Assembly (NCBI GenBank): GCA_964255285.1
Contig: CAXUUL010000001.1
Span: 1 to 64,000 of the forward strand
Direction of reading: 5' to 3'
DNA from: Ionaspis alba
Lineage: Eukaryota
DNA: 64,000 nt
The position numbers and the translations under genes are program-made. Numbering within the stretch: position 1 is the stretch's first letter; each line of letters begins with the position of its first letter. Shown piece by piece: positions 51,371 through 62,672 of this stretch. The notes beneath the pieces are model-generated. The model was not told the origin of the DNA and did no database searches. It saw only the letters and a program-made list of their open reading frames with translations.

Positions 51371-52606
51371 TTACAGTTGACCGGCGGTGTTAAAGTCCAC
51401 CAATGCTTCCTGCACGCGGGCGGTCATAGTCTTCTCACCCTCACGAACCCAGACACGTGGATCGAAGTACTTCTTATTCGGCTTGTCCTCTCCATCGGGG
51501 TTGCCGACCTGTGCCATGATGTAGTCTTTCTTCTTGAGCACGTAGTCCCGGATGCCAGTCAAATAAGCGTATTGCAAATCGGTGTCGAGGTTGACCTTGA
51601 CCACTCCGTAGCTGATAGCGTCCGTGTACTCCTTCTTGCTTGAGCCAGATCCACCATGGAAGACTAGGAAGACAGGCTTATCCTCCTTGCTATTAGTCTT
51701 CTCCTTGACATAAGCTTGATGCTTGCTGAGAAGCTCAGGGTGCAGTTTGACATTGCCAGGCTTATAAACACCATGGACATTGCCGAAGCCGGCCGCGATC
51801 GAGAAGTACGGGCTAATGGCGGAGAGAGTCTTGTAGATGTTGTAGATATCCTCGGGTTGGGTGTAAAGGGAGTTATTGTCAACGTCCTCATTATTCACTC
51901 CATCCTCTTCGCCTCCTGTGATGCCAATTTCCTGGCGGTAATGGTTTAGTATAAATTCTTGGTCCAGAATATGTAGCATACCATCTCTAGCCATTGTTTC
52001 ATGGGCGCGGCACGCTTCAAGTATTTTGCCGTGGTCGAAATATTCCAGTCAACCTCCTCTTCTGACAGGTCGATCATGTGGCTGGAGAACAGCGGCTCGC
52101 CATGCTCCTTGTAGTATTTCTCATCTGCGTCCATCATCCCGTCTAGCCATGGCAGGAGCTTCTTCGCACAGTGATCGGTATGAAGTACGACAGGTATGCC
52201 GTAAGCTGGAGCGACCGAGCGAATGTAGTGGGCTCCTGCTACAGCTCCAGCGATGGAAGCTTCCTGATTGCCGTTTGCTACGCCCTAGAGTAGTGAGTGA
52301 GTGACAGACTTGAGTAATGCCTGTATAGATTTCCACCTTTCCAGCAAAATACGCTGCACCACCTTGCGACATCTGCAGAATGACTGGAGATTTCTTGTCT
52401 CGAGCAGCTTCCAAAGACGCCACGACAGTTGAAGAAGACGTAACATTCTGGATCGACTTAGCATCGGAAGTCTCTCTACACATTGACACATGGACGCTCA
52501 CTATGGCTGGGATTGCAAACTTCTTCTCTTGTGCATACTTGAAAAGGTTCAGGACGTCATCCCCAATGATAACGCCTGTTTTTCTGCTAAGAACACTTTG
52601 AGCCAT
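51371..52606 (-). CDS. FBA1: Class II fructose-1,6-bisphosphate aldolase, 4 exons
   Basis: FAIPAI/NVTSSST, HTDHCAKK, FSSHMIDLSEE, EIGITGGEEDG, FGNVHGVYKPG, VFHGGSGS, VKVNLDTD. Confidence 0.98.
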
Positions 52607-53025
52607 TGCGACGGTATACTAGGACAGTTGGGGTCTCCGTCTGATGTTGTTGAAAGAAGAATAGGTGCTGTATTGATTTTTGGATTGAGGTCTTTGAAGG
52701 TATAAAGCTGGTCAAGTGGGGGGAACTCATCAAAAGTAAATAGCCCACGGCTTCGGTGGGGCGCTCGGCTCTTCTCGGGGAAATGGCGATCGCTTGGATT
52801 TCCGCATCTTGGCAACTTCGGCTTTGCAGAACAGTTCTTTAGGGTCAGATTCAACGCTATTTACACCTTCCTACCCATTGAAGCAGGTTTGTGTAGCGTA
52901 GATAATAGGCAAGATGAAGAACTCTCATCCAATTGACACACCGTGCAGATTTCGGTCGGAACAGGATAGGTGTATCACGCTACGTACTGACAACGTCTTG
53001 GCGGCCTTCACCTGTGTCGACGCCT

Positions 53026-53970
53026 CTATTGCTGTGCTTTGACCCGTACAGTCCTTCTTACAGCTTGTCCGCCTTTGACGGTAATATCGACCTGAAAGTC
53101 ACCTAAGGTCTTTATCCTTTCTTGGTCCTCCGCCGTCTCATCATCGTGAGATAGCTTTATATCCTCGGCACTCAGAACGATCCTTCCAACATCCGCATCA
53201 TAAGCGACCTTCGGGGCCAAGGCAACTTTGATATTCGTTGCAATATCTGCTGTAGATACCGAGCCATATATTGATATGGGCACTGGCTTTGGATCAGGAG
53301 CTGAGGCTGCGGCAAAGTCTGCTGCAGCTTGACTAGCGGCTGTTCTCGTCCTCAGCAGAGTAGTATCTTGTTCAGGTTCCGGAGTCCTTATGGGCGGTCG
53401 ATAGAAGTCGAGGTATTGTGGTACCAGCGAGTCTAAGAGTTCCGTAGCTCTTTGCGGCTTAAGGTCCATCAATGTCAGAACCAACGATACTCCAAGAGAC
53501 ACACGACTTACAGCGAGTAACTGCATTTCCACCGCTGTGTCATCTTTCAAAGCTTCTTGAGCTTCTACTTCTTTCTCCATTCCGAAAGTAAAATCCCGCT
53601 CTATCACGACATCGTCCATTCCTCGTAGCTGCGCAGCTGTCACGTACTCGGCTCGTTTTCCCGGATACCAAATGTTGCGCATTCGACCTGGGGCAACAGG
53701 GACAATAGACCCTGTAGAATACAAACTTTTAGCTTTACCTTTGATGATCCCGTTCAGCATTACACCTGAAGGCGTAGGTGTACCTTTCCGGCCATAGCCT
53801 CTAACATCTCGTACGAGTTTGACATTGATTGTAGTAGGGAGGCGGAGCTTCTTTTTTCCACGAAGTTGAATTCGAAAGGTAGGGGACGAGATGGTGGGTT
53901 CGGGCACTGGAAAGTTTCGAAGACAGGAGAAGCATTGCGGTCCTCGAGGGAACTTGAGAAAATTCGCCAT
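53026..53970 (-). CDS. Mitochondrial ribosomal protein bL9m-like, 3 exons
   Basis: Presequence-like N-terminus; bL9 N-domain INVKLVRDVRGYGRKG/SIVPVAPGRMRNIWYP; C-domain IYGSVSTADI and IKTLGDF. Confidence 0.85.
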   Translation of the reverse strand: MANFLKFPRGPQCFSCLRNFPVPEPTISSPTFRIQLRGKKKLRLPTTINVKLVRDVRGYGRKGTPTPSGVMLNGIIKGKAKSLYSTGSIVPVAPGRMRNIWYPGKRAEYVTAAQLRGMDDVVIERDFTFGMEKEVEAQEALKDDTAVEMQLLAVSRVSLGVSLVLTLMDLKPQRATELLDSLVPQYLDFYRPPIRTPEPEQDTTLLRTRTAASQAAADFAAASAPDPKPVPISIYGSVSTADIATNIKVALAPKVAYDADVGRIVLSAEDIKLSHDDETAEDQERIKTLGDFQVDITVKGGQAVRRTVRVKAQQ

Positions 53971-54388
53971 TATATCGTCGAGAAATATGGAACTCCGGAA
54001 AATGCATGAAACAGGTTGTAGATAGCCCTGGCAGAATTTGATCTTAAAGCGCAGCCCTATCAAATTCCTTGATGTCCAATCAACTTGGTCACCGCAGCAG
54101 ACTAAGCTGCCTTAGACCCGGCTCTCCACATCCCACTTCTGATGGTTGCCATTCAGCACAGTCAGATCTCTTTTCCTCCTCCTCTGCCAATATTCGCAGT
54201 GTCATAATTCCCTTCACCTATGAGTGAGAACTTCCTGCGTCCTGAGCCATCCCGGATATTCTTCATAAAAGCGCTTATTCCAAACCTACATTCCTCGCCC
54301 CTGGCTTTCTCCGCCTACATCTTGTTCTGGAGATCATTCCCTGACGAAAACGAACCCTTCATGGCGTTACGATAGCAGCACGTTGGCC

Positions 54389-56245
54389 ATGCCTGACAAA
54401 CCTCTCACCGTTATCACCTATGCAGCCAGTGCGTCCCTGGCCGCAATCGCGCTGGTTTACTTCTTTAACCCAAATTACCTGATCGACGGGGAGGCTTCTA
54501 CATCATCGGCGCGTACTCGTAAGAAAGGCGTGGTAGGGCTTGTGAATCCGGGCAATGATTGTTTCATCAACTCCGTCTTACAAGCTCTGGCTGGTCTGGG
54601 CGAGTTGAGGCTCTATTTGATCAGAGAACTTCACCGACGGAAGATCGATGGTCCAGACATATACAGTGCGATACCTCAGAGAGACAAGGGTGACAAGCCT
54701 ATAAATGCACAAAAAGTTCTCAGTCTACAGAGTGGAGAAGTTACACAGGGATTGAAGGACGTTATAGATGCGCTAAATGAGAGACCGATCTATAGGAAGA
54801 CCATATCTGCTGCCAACTTTATCGGAGTACTAGAGCACGCTTTCGCAACGAGAATAAGCAAATCGCAGCAAGATGCACAGGAGCTGCTACAGATTCTGGC
54901 AGAGCGACTTTCGGAGGAGTACCACGCAGGAGCGGAGGCTCGAAAACGAGCCCGAAACACAGGCTTTGACGAAAACACATTAGGTGCTCCAGGTCTATCT
55001 TTGGAAGAGCAGCAAACCTCAGACGCTCAATTCCGCGGAGAGACCGCTCCTATAGACGAGGACGACGGGAGCAGAGGACAAGGCTTAAGAATAGACGAAG
55101 AATTAGGATTTCCACTCGAAGGGCGTACAACATCAGAAATAGAATGCCAGCACTGTCACTTCGTACCCAAAGCAAACCCAGTGAGCTTCGTGATGTTGAC
55201 TCTGAGCGTGCCACAGAAGAATTCGACGACATTGAATGAATGCTTCGACGCTCATTTCAAAACGGAGCACATCGATGATTACAAATGCGATAAATGCCGT
55301 CTAGAACACGCTCTCGCTATCTTGAGTAACGACTTGAATAAAGCGAAGTCTGAAAAACACAAAACCGCCATACGTAGAGACATGGCAAAACTGCAGCTGG
55401 CAATCGAAGAGGATCCCGAGAAACCACCCGAGGGAGTCGTCCTACCAGATGCGAAGCTCGCACCCGAACGACGCATAGCTCGTCACGTTCAGATCACCGC
55501 GTTTCCGAGAGTTCTCGTCATACATCTGTCCAGGTCGATCTACGATCCTCGCAGTAGCTCGACCAAGAACGCTGCAAAGGTCTCCTTTCCTGAGCGCTTA
55601 CCACTTGGTGGCATATTGAACCGACGGAACTACAAGCTCTTGGGTATGGTTTCACATAAAGGAACGCACAACAGTGGACACTACGAGTCCTTTAGGAGGC
55701 AGCATTTGTACGCCCCATACTCTACTCCGACTGTTCGAGATCCTGCTGGTCCATATAGTACAACACCAACACCGGACCCCTCGATGCAACCTAGCCCGAA
55801 CATAGCAGCTCTTCCTACCGTACCACTAACAGTTCTGGATAATCGATTGTCAAGTTCTGATGGAGCGGATGTTCTGTCCCCGTCAACTGTGTCCTCTTCT
55901 CCCTCCGTGTCGTCAGCCCAGTTATCACCACCATCCACTCGTCCTTCGTCAGGCTCTACAAGTCAAAGCGTTCTACCCAAACGAGTATCTCCAGTCCCCA
56001 CCAACAAAGGACAAGATCCGCTTAAACCAAGATCTAAAACGCCAGCTCAATCATGTGGTCCTGAAAGCTCAGCTGTAAGCAGAAGTGCATCTTTGGCCAA
56101 GAGCACTAGGCTCAGACGGAAGAAATCACTGAGTGACCGCTGGTGGCGCATCAGTGACGATAAGATCAAAGAATGTAAACTTGGCGATGTGCTAAGCATG
56201 CAGAAAGAAGTCTACCTCCTCTTCTACGAGATGGAGAAAGGTTGA
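54389..56245 (+). CDS. UBP16: Ubiquitin-specific protease with N-terminal TM anchor (Ubp16/USP30-like)
   Basis: TM ASLAAIALVYFF, Cys box GLVNPGNDCFINSVLQAL, QQDAQE, His box HKGTHNSGHY, WWRISD, YLLFYE. Confidence 0.88.
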   Translation: MPDKPLTVITYAASASLAAIALVYFFNPNYLIDGEASTSSARTRKKGVVGLVNPGNDCFINSVLQALAGLGELRLYLIRELHRRKIDGPDIYSAIPQRDKGDKPINAQKVLSLQSGEVTQGLKDVIDALNERPIYRKTISAANFIGVLEHAFATRISKSQQDAQELLQILAERLSEEYHAGAEARKRARNTGFDENTLGAPGLSLEEQQTSDAQFRGETAPIDEDDGSRGQGLRIDEELGFPLEGRTTSEIECQHCHFVPKANPVSFVMLTLSVPQKNSTTLNECFDAHFKTEHIDDYKCDKCRLEHALAILSNDLNKAKSEKHKTAIRRDMAKLQLAIEEDPEKPPEGVVLPDAKLAPERRIARHVQITAFPRVLVIHLSRSIYDPRSSSTKNAAKVSFPERLPLGGILNRRNYKLLGMVSHKGTHNSGHYESFRRQHLYAPYSTPTVRDPAGPYSTTPTPDPSMQPSPNIAALPTVPLTVLDNRLSSSDGADVLSPSTVSSSPSVSSAQLSPPSTRPSSGSTSQSVLPKRVSPVPTNKGQDPLKPRSKTPAQSCGPESSAVSRSASLAKSTRLRRKKSLSDRWWRISDDKIKECKLGDVLSMQKEVYLLFYEMEKG

Positions 56246-57287
56246 GGAATCGAAAGAGGATTCCGCGCCATAAAATCATAGGCCTTGGACAACCGGTTTT
56301 CTCTACCTCCAAGATTCAGAACCGTGCTCATAGGTCGAGGCAATGCCTCATGAAACGGGCAACCAGAACAGTCCCTTCTCCTAATAAGGTGTCGACCGCC
56401 TCGTCATGGATGACTCGGACCACAGCTCTCTATGACGGCGGGCCCACAGATCACCATGCGAAAGAACTTTGCTAAACGGCCTGCCGTCTGATTGCGTGCC
56501 CTTAGAGACACGTGGGGCAGGAAAATCAACTGCTACCAACCGCAACGAGAGAAATCAGGTCCCATCAAAACGTCCTGGTATGGCCGCCCGTTGGAAGGGA
56601 CTTCATCTGGCTTTTTCGAAGCCACCGTTATCTATTCTCTCAAGAAGAGTTTCTTGTAAATGATCTTAGATGCTTCAAGTTCAGACTCAGACCCTTTTGT
56701 ATATACGTCTCCCTTGTCAGCGGTGCAGAATTCTAGAAGTAAACACATTGTTGGCTCTGACATAACAGACTATGTTCTTATGATTTTTGTCCACAAGACT
56801 TGATTCGATTGCAGTGGTGATCTGGCACCTAAGTCATGACATCAGGTTTATAGTAGGAGCCCGGTCATCTCGAAGGTCTTTGTGGAAAGTATTAGGCAAG
56901 GAAGATTACAATGCAGAAGACGGATACCTCACAGGTATCATGACCTGGAAGGGGGTAAGACAGCTGGAACGTCTAAGCAAAGCAATGAGATTCGCGTCGC
57001 AAGAGATGCATGTGTATCATTAGCTGCCACACCAACGCAACTGTAGCATATCCCTTCGACCAGAACTTTGTTGCCTATTATACAACCCGTCACCTCCAAG
57101 AAAAGCCCTGCATCGAGTGTAACGAAGTCAAGTGATAAAGTGCAAAGCTGTCTCTCGAGTTCTCCCAGTCCTATCCAGTATATATCCTCCGATCCTCCCT
57201 TAGTCCATCCGTCAATCGATCCAGCCAGTACCACACCAGTCCAGTCTCTCTCCAAAGTCCACCGAGTGCGATTTACCACGCCCTTAT

Positions 57288-58108
57288 CTAGTTCTTGCTC
57301 CTCGTCCGACTCCCGATCCCAGTCCCATTGGGTGCCTTCTTCTCCTTGACCTTCTTCTCAACCTTCGGCTTAGCAGGCGCACCCTCCTCCTTCTTTGGCC
57401 TTCCCCTTCCCTTCTTCACTCCGTCCTCTCCACTCTTCTCCTTCGGCGCAGGCTTCGCCTTCTTCCCAGGCGGCCGTCCCTTCTTCCCACCCGTGGGCGC
57501 CTTGGGCTTAGCCGGAGTTCCGGTCCCCTTCGGACGTCCCCTTGCACGCTTCACGTCCTTCTCAGGCTCCGCTTCGCTCTCGGCCTTCTGGGCGTCCTTT
57601 TCATCTTCGGTGGCAGCGGCGTGGCCACGTTTTGTGCCTGCCTTCGCTGGGCTGGCCTTTGCAGGAGAACCGTTGGCCGAGGCTTTTTCTTCGACGTCGA
57701 GCTCCGAGGCTTTCTTCACCACGTCGTTGCCTTCGCGTGTGATTGCGATAGCAGGATCGTCGGCCGTTGCTTTCTTTTTAATCACGTTGCCTTTCTTCGA
57801 GGTGACGGCGGCTTCGCCTTCGGTTTTCTTTTCGGACACTTCGCCTGATGGGCGGGAGCCGCCCCAGCCCCAAGAGACTGTGGGAGGATTCTTAGTGAGC
57901 TGGTTTTTGGGGTGAGGAAGCAGGTAAAGGCCGTTTACGCCCAAAGAGTGGTATGGAGAAATAGCACGACGCGTAGAATGGTGTATAGCGCGTCGCGCAG
58001 TGAAGACGAAGAAGACGGAAAGAAAGTGGAAAATGAACAGCGAGAGTCGTGTTGTGAAGCTTCAAGTTACGTACCTTGGTCTCCTTTCTCTGGCGTCTCG
58101 CCTGGCAT
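57288..58108 (-). CDS. DUF2945/Hva1-type Tudor-like domain plus Lys/Pro-rich tail with AT-hooks, 2 exons
   Basis: MPGETPEKGDQ/VSWGWGGSRPSGEV...GNDVVKKASEL; RGRPK, KKGRPP and GRGRPKK in the tail; intron 57878-58074. Confidence 0.78.
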
Positions 58109-59007
58109 AGTGACGTCGAACTTGGGATGTGAAGAACGAGCGACAAGAACTTCGCAAAAATGCGAAAACAAGACAGATGTCGTCGCTAAACTATTGCGAC
58201 TGTAAAGAGATTTTTGTTTGATTTTTAGGAGGGGAAATGGGTTGTGGAGAAATTGTTGTGAGTGGTGAAGGAGAGCAAGGTTCTTGCGGGAATGGGAAGT
58301 CGTCTGGGGGACTTTGTTGTTGACCAACTTGGTCTCAGGGATGCGCCTGCACGCGCTAGAGAAGGAAGGGGGTCCACTATTCCGCTGTACGCTCTACGTG
58401 CAGCAGCCTTTCGTTTGCTTTCCTTCGGCCCAAGCATCGAGGAAACCAAGATCAACATCAATTGTGCCAGATACGTTGCCGGCACCGCGAGTCTCTGACT
58501 TTAGCTGTATCATACCTGCTACTCTTGGCGCTGATGGTGCCTTTGATGAGGAAATAGTGTCGTGCATTTTCCTCCTATATCTGTTTGCCGCCGTTGTTGT
58601 GTGACGTTGCATCCCCACCGCCATCCAGAGCTCCGAAGTGAACCACGAGGAACGCGCATTTGGGATCATAGCAGACTTCGCACATTGTCCTTGATTTGAA
58701 TTCTAGAGTACAGTACAGTAATTTAAGCCTTCCTCTGCCGTGCAAACAAATACACATCTGCTCCCAAATTTTTGTGGCGCAATCTTCCAGTCCTGAGCTT
58801 CTCTCACGCCGAGCAGCACTGTCCCCAGGTCTCATGTCTCCAGAGGGAGTGGCCCCATGCGACCAAAATGGGCCGGTCAAGTGGAGAATCCTTCTTCGCA
58901 TCGAGTAAACATTGCATGCAGCTTGGTTTGAATGTGAAAACATGGCCCTTTAGCGACTCCGAATGAGAATGATCATCGAAGCAGGGCGAGATGGTGCTAT
59001 GACACAT

Positions 59008-62000
59008 CTAATGCCCGTAATTCCCGCCCCATCCACCGCGGTTGTTGTTACTATAGTAATTGCCTCCATATCCGCCTCCGTACCCTCCGCCATATCCACT
59101 ACCTTGATGAGCTTGAGCACCGCTCTGGTGATGCCCTCCTAATCCTCCGAGACCACTGCCATACTGCGAGTTCTGCTGACCTTGCATCTGATGGTTCATC
59201 TGAGAAGGATAGCCGCCGTAGCCTTGCTGGCTTTGGCCCTGAGAAGACGGCAGAGCAGATTGACCTTGCATAGAGTTGGCAGCTGAACCTGGACGACCGC
59301 CTGCCTGGCCAGGAGCAGGACTCGGGCCCCCGGCCATCTTCGAAGAGTCACCGTAGCCACGCGAACCCTCGTCGCCTCCGCTCTGTTGTGCTCCTTGCTG
59401 CGGACCGAGTCCTTGACTCTGGCCCGGATAACCTGCTTGGGAGCGGAAGACATCGGGCATTCCACCAAAGGCAGCCGAGCTAGTCGAATGCTGTTGCTGG
59501 CTTTCCGAAGGCTGAGTAGATCCGGTACGCCCATAGCCTCCAAGGCCAGCTAAACCTTCTCGCCCAGGCATTGAGTGTGGCTGTTGTCCATAGGAGCCAG
59601 TATTTGCGGGAGAGGCGGAATGTTGGTCGTAGGAGGCTCCCGGAGACATCCCGTACCCTTGATGTGGCTGACCATACATCCCTTGCTTTCCTCCAGCTCC
59701 CCCGTACGGTCCGTTGCCGTATCCCCCTTGATTACCTCCATAACCGAACTGGTTACCATGTGTAAGATATTGCTCATCATAACGTCGGACGTCATCAAAC
59801 ATTGGACGATCTCGACCATATGAATGATGGCTTACCTGGTTCATGTATGTCGCGTAGTATGGACTATTGTAGTACGGTTGCTGTCCATAGGGATAGGAAC
59901 CATGCTGTCCACCAGCTTGGCCTTGTTGAGGCATTTGGTGGGACTGTTGGCTCTGACCTTGTTGGCTTATGACAGGGTTCGGCGTAGAATTGCCACTGTT
60001 GTGAGCCTCAACGGTCGCACCGTAGCGAGACTGACCTGGCTGCTGACTCTGAGACGTAGCATAGTGTGAAGGCTGCTCTGATCCACTGCTGCCAAATCCA
60101 CTGCCGAGTCTCTGTTGGTTGGCCCCAGCATCTTGCTGAGCCTGTTGCGAGGGTTGCCCAAAAGAGCCGTAATAATTCTGATAGGCATTGCGTTGGCTAT
60201 CAGAAGTATAATACGATGGATAATCGCTTGTAGCCGAAGAAAAGTTCCCGAGCTGCGATTGAGCTGATTGTTGCTGTTGACTCGGCGCTTGCGATTGAGA
60301 GGGATAACTGTCATATTGATGTTGTTGGGAAGCTGATTGTTGAGCCTGCTGGCCAAATGGTTCATAAATTTTGGCAGCAGGCGCGGCTGTCTCGGTCTGC
60401 GTAGCTGAAGGCCCATACCGGTTACCAAACTGGTGATATGGGTAACTCGTGTGAGAAGACTGCTGGGGAAGGGATTGTTCTGGCAACGATGGTTGAGATT
60501 GTGGAGGCGCAGCCGACTGTGGATGTACTGATGGCAATCCTGGGGCTTGTCGAGGAGTCGGCTGTACCTCAGTCATTGGTTGCTGAGGAAGTGGCGGCAA
60601 AGAGGCTCTTGGTGCGACTGGTGAATGTTGGGGCGGTTGAGTACGTGTCTCAGCATCCTCTCTATCATCATCGACGTCCAGATCCTCCGGAGGGCCGTTC
60701 AAGCCCATGCTGCCAAACTGAACAGCAGCACAATCCACAGCATGATTTCCAGGCATCACCACCGCTTCCTGCTGTTCCATAACACGGCGTTGGAAACTCG
60801 CAGTCCTGCCAGATCCACTTGTAGCCTTAAAGGCACTGGTCGCAAACCCACCAAGGCCAGGTCTGATCGGAGCTTCCTGCTGCAGTGAGGCATGAAGTGG
60901 AGTTGCACTTCCTGCAGCGCTTCGAGGATCCATAGTGGTTCCCACCGTGCTCGCCGCAGTCGCCGTTGCTGGCGGATGCGATGTGTCCAGGACTTGCTCC
61001 AGGTTTGTTTCGGTGAGTTCGTCCTTAGAGGGTGTGATGTTCGCTGCCGGTTCAGACGGTGGTAAGACTGGAGACGGAGTCTTAGGCCGCTCAGATGCGG
61101 TTTCCTCCAGAGGTACAAGGGGAGGTAAGCCAGGCTCATCCTGAGCCTGAATTTGCTCGAGCTCCGTGCTGACAGCTGACTCAGCTGCGGGCTGCTCGAC
61201 AGATGGAGCTGGCGCCACCTTTGCTCGTGGCAGCGCCGGTGCTGGTTTGGCGAATAAGGTTGCCCAGCTTCGAGTTCCATCAGGCTTGGAACTCGCCTTC
61301 TGGGGTTCTGCCATAGGAGGCGCGGCGTCTGATGGAGTGATCATTTCCCAAGATGTCGCATCTGGCGAGGTGCTTCCTCCCTGCGAAGCTTGGTTCCATT
61401 CTGCTGCAGCAGCATCGCCGGTAATCGCAGACGTGCCCCAAGAGTCCAGTGCTTCGCTAGTCGAAGGTTCTGCACCCACATCAGCTCCAGCTCCACTCAC
61501 GATCTGACTCTTTGAACCATTGATGCCAGCGCCACCACGAGAGCTGCGTCCACCACCACGTCCTCTATCTGTGCCACGCCCACGACCACCACGAGACCCA
61601 TCCAAGCCACCTCTTCCGCGGCTCCTACGAGTTGGCATTGCAGGAGTATCAGACGCAGCTGAAGTAGGCTCTTTGACCTTGGATCGAGCTCGATCTTTAG
61701 TCTTCTTTTTGACCTCACCCCACTGTGAGATATTGCCTAGTAAGAAGAAATCGATCAGCCAATGGAGGGGGAAGGAAGTCCATTATGTCAGTCATACCTT
61801 CGGAGATCCGCTCAATTGTACCCTCTAGGTCACCTCCTGTCTCCTGTAGAGCGAAGGCAATATCCTCGTCTGTCCAATCAGGAAACATTTCTTTGATGGT
61901 TTTGAGCTCGGAGTGATATCGTTTCTTCAATTGGCCAATCTCGCCTTGGTCCTCATATGTCGGACTAGCTGGCGCATCTACTTTGTCGCCATTAATCGGA

Positions 62001-62101
62001 CGATGTCCCCCTCTGCCACCTCTGGAGCTGTAGCCTCCGCGCCCACCCCGAGAAGAACCTCTGCCACGTGGGGCAGAAGGCCTAATTTGTACTTCCGACA
62101 T
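59008..62101 (-). CDS. DEF1: RNA polymerase II degradation factor Def1 (CUE domain, RGG repeats, Q/G/Y-rich tail)
   Basis: MSEVQIRPSAPRGRG, CUE-like IKEMFPDWTDEDIAFAL...IERISEG/NISQWGEVKKK, EAVVMPG, QFGS; intron 61737-61797. Confidence 0.9.
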
Positions 62102-62672
62102 AGTATCGAGTATGAGAGTGTTGTGTTTGTAAATTTAGGTCCGAAGTTCGCGTGTGGAAGACTGTTTTGGGGTGTAGGCAGATGTGGATTCGATGGTGGA
62201 TTCCGGAAAGGTTACGAATCTTCCTGGAGTGTAGCCAAGTGTCGGAGCTTATGAGGTTGAGGCTCGATAACTCAAGCTTAGGTGCTGAGCGATGGTTGAA
62301 CCAGTGTGTTCGGTATGTTTAGGTAAGGAGTTAGAAGGGAGGAAGAAACATTGGGAAGAAATGGTCAATGGTTGGCTGATCACGCTATCCCTTCTGTCGT
62401 GTCGTGACTTGTAAGGCGCGAAGAGGCAGGGAGCTGCGCTAGTCCTTAAGTATATTAGCGCAGTCCTTTCGCAACAACCCTAACGCCTTTGTGAATAATA
62501 TGTAGGCGGTGCATCATGATATAGGCACAACAGATGTTCAAACAACTTACTGTTTTGGGCTTGTCTCCAGCCTTTCTGAGTCCCGGCTTCATTTCATTGT
62601 ACATCTACGGCTCCCTGCTATGGTTGTTGTTACCTCATTGATGAGTACTTTCAATCCTTTCTAGCCAGAGGC

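Noticed and set aside
52285..52336. Weak GTGGAA donor in FBA1 intron 2
   Set aside because: Still a GT-AG intron that restores the conserved frame; no alternative product evident.
59770..59800. Two TGATGA box-C-like hexamers in the DEF1 exitron suggesting a C/D snoRNA
   Set aside because: No matching CTGA box D or terminal stem; explained by Asp/Glu codons.
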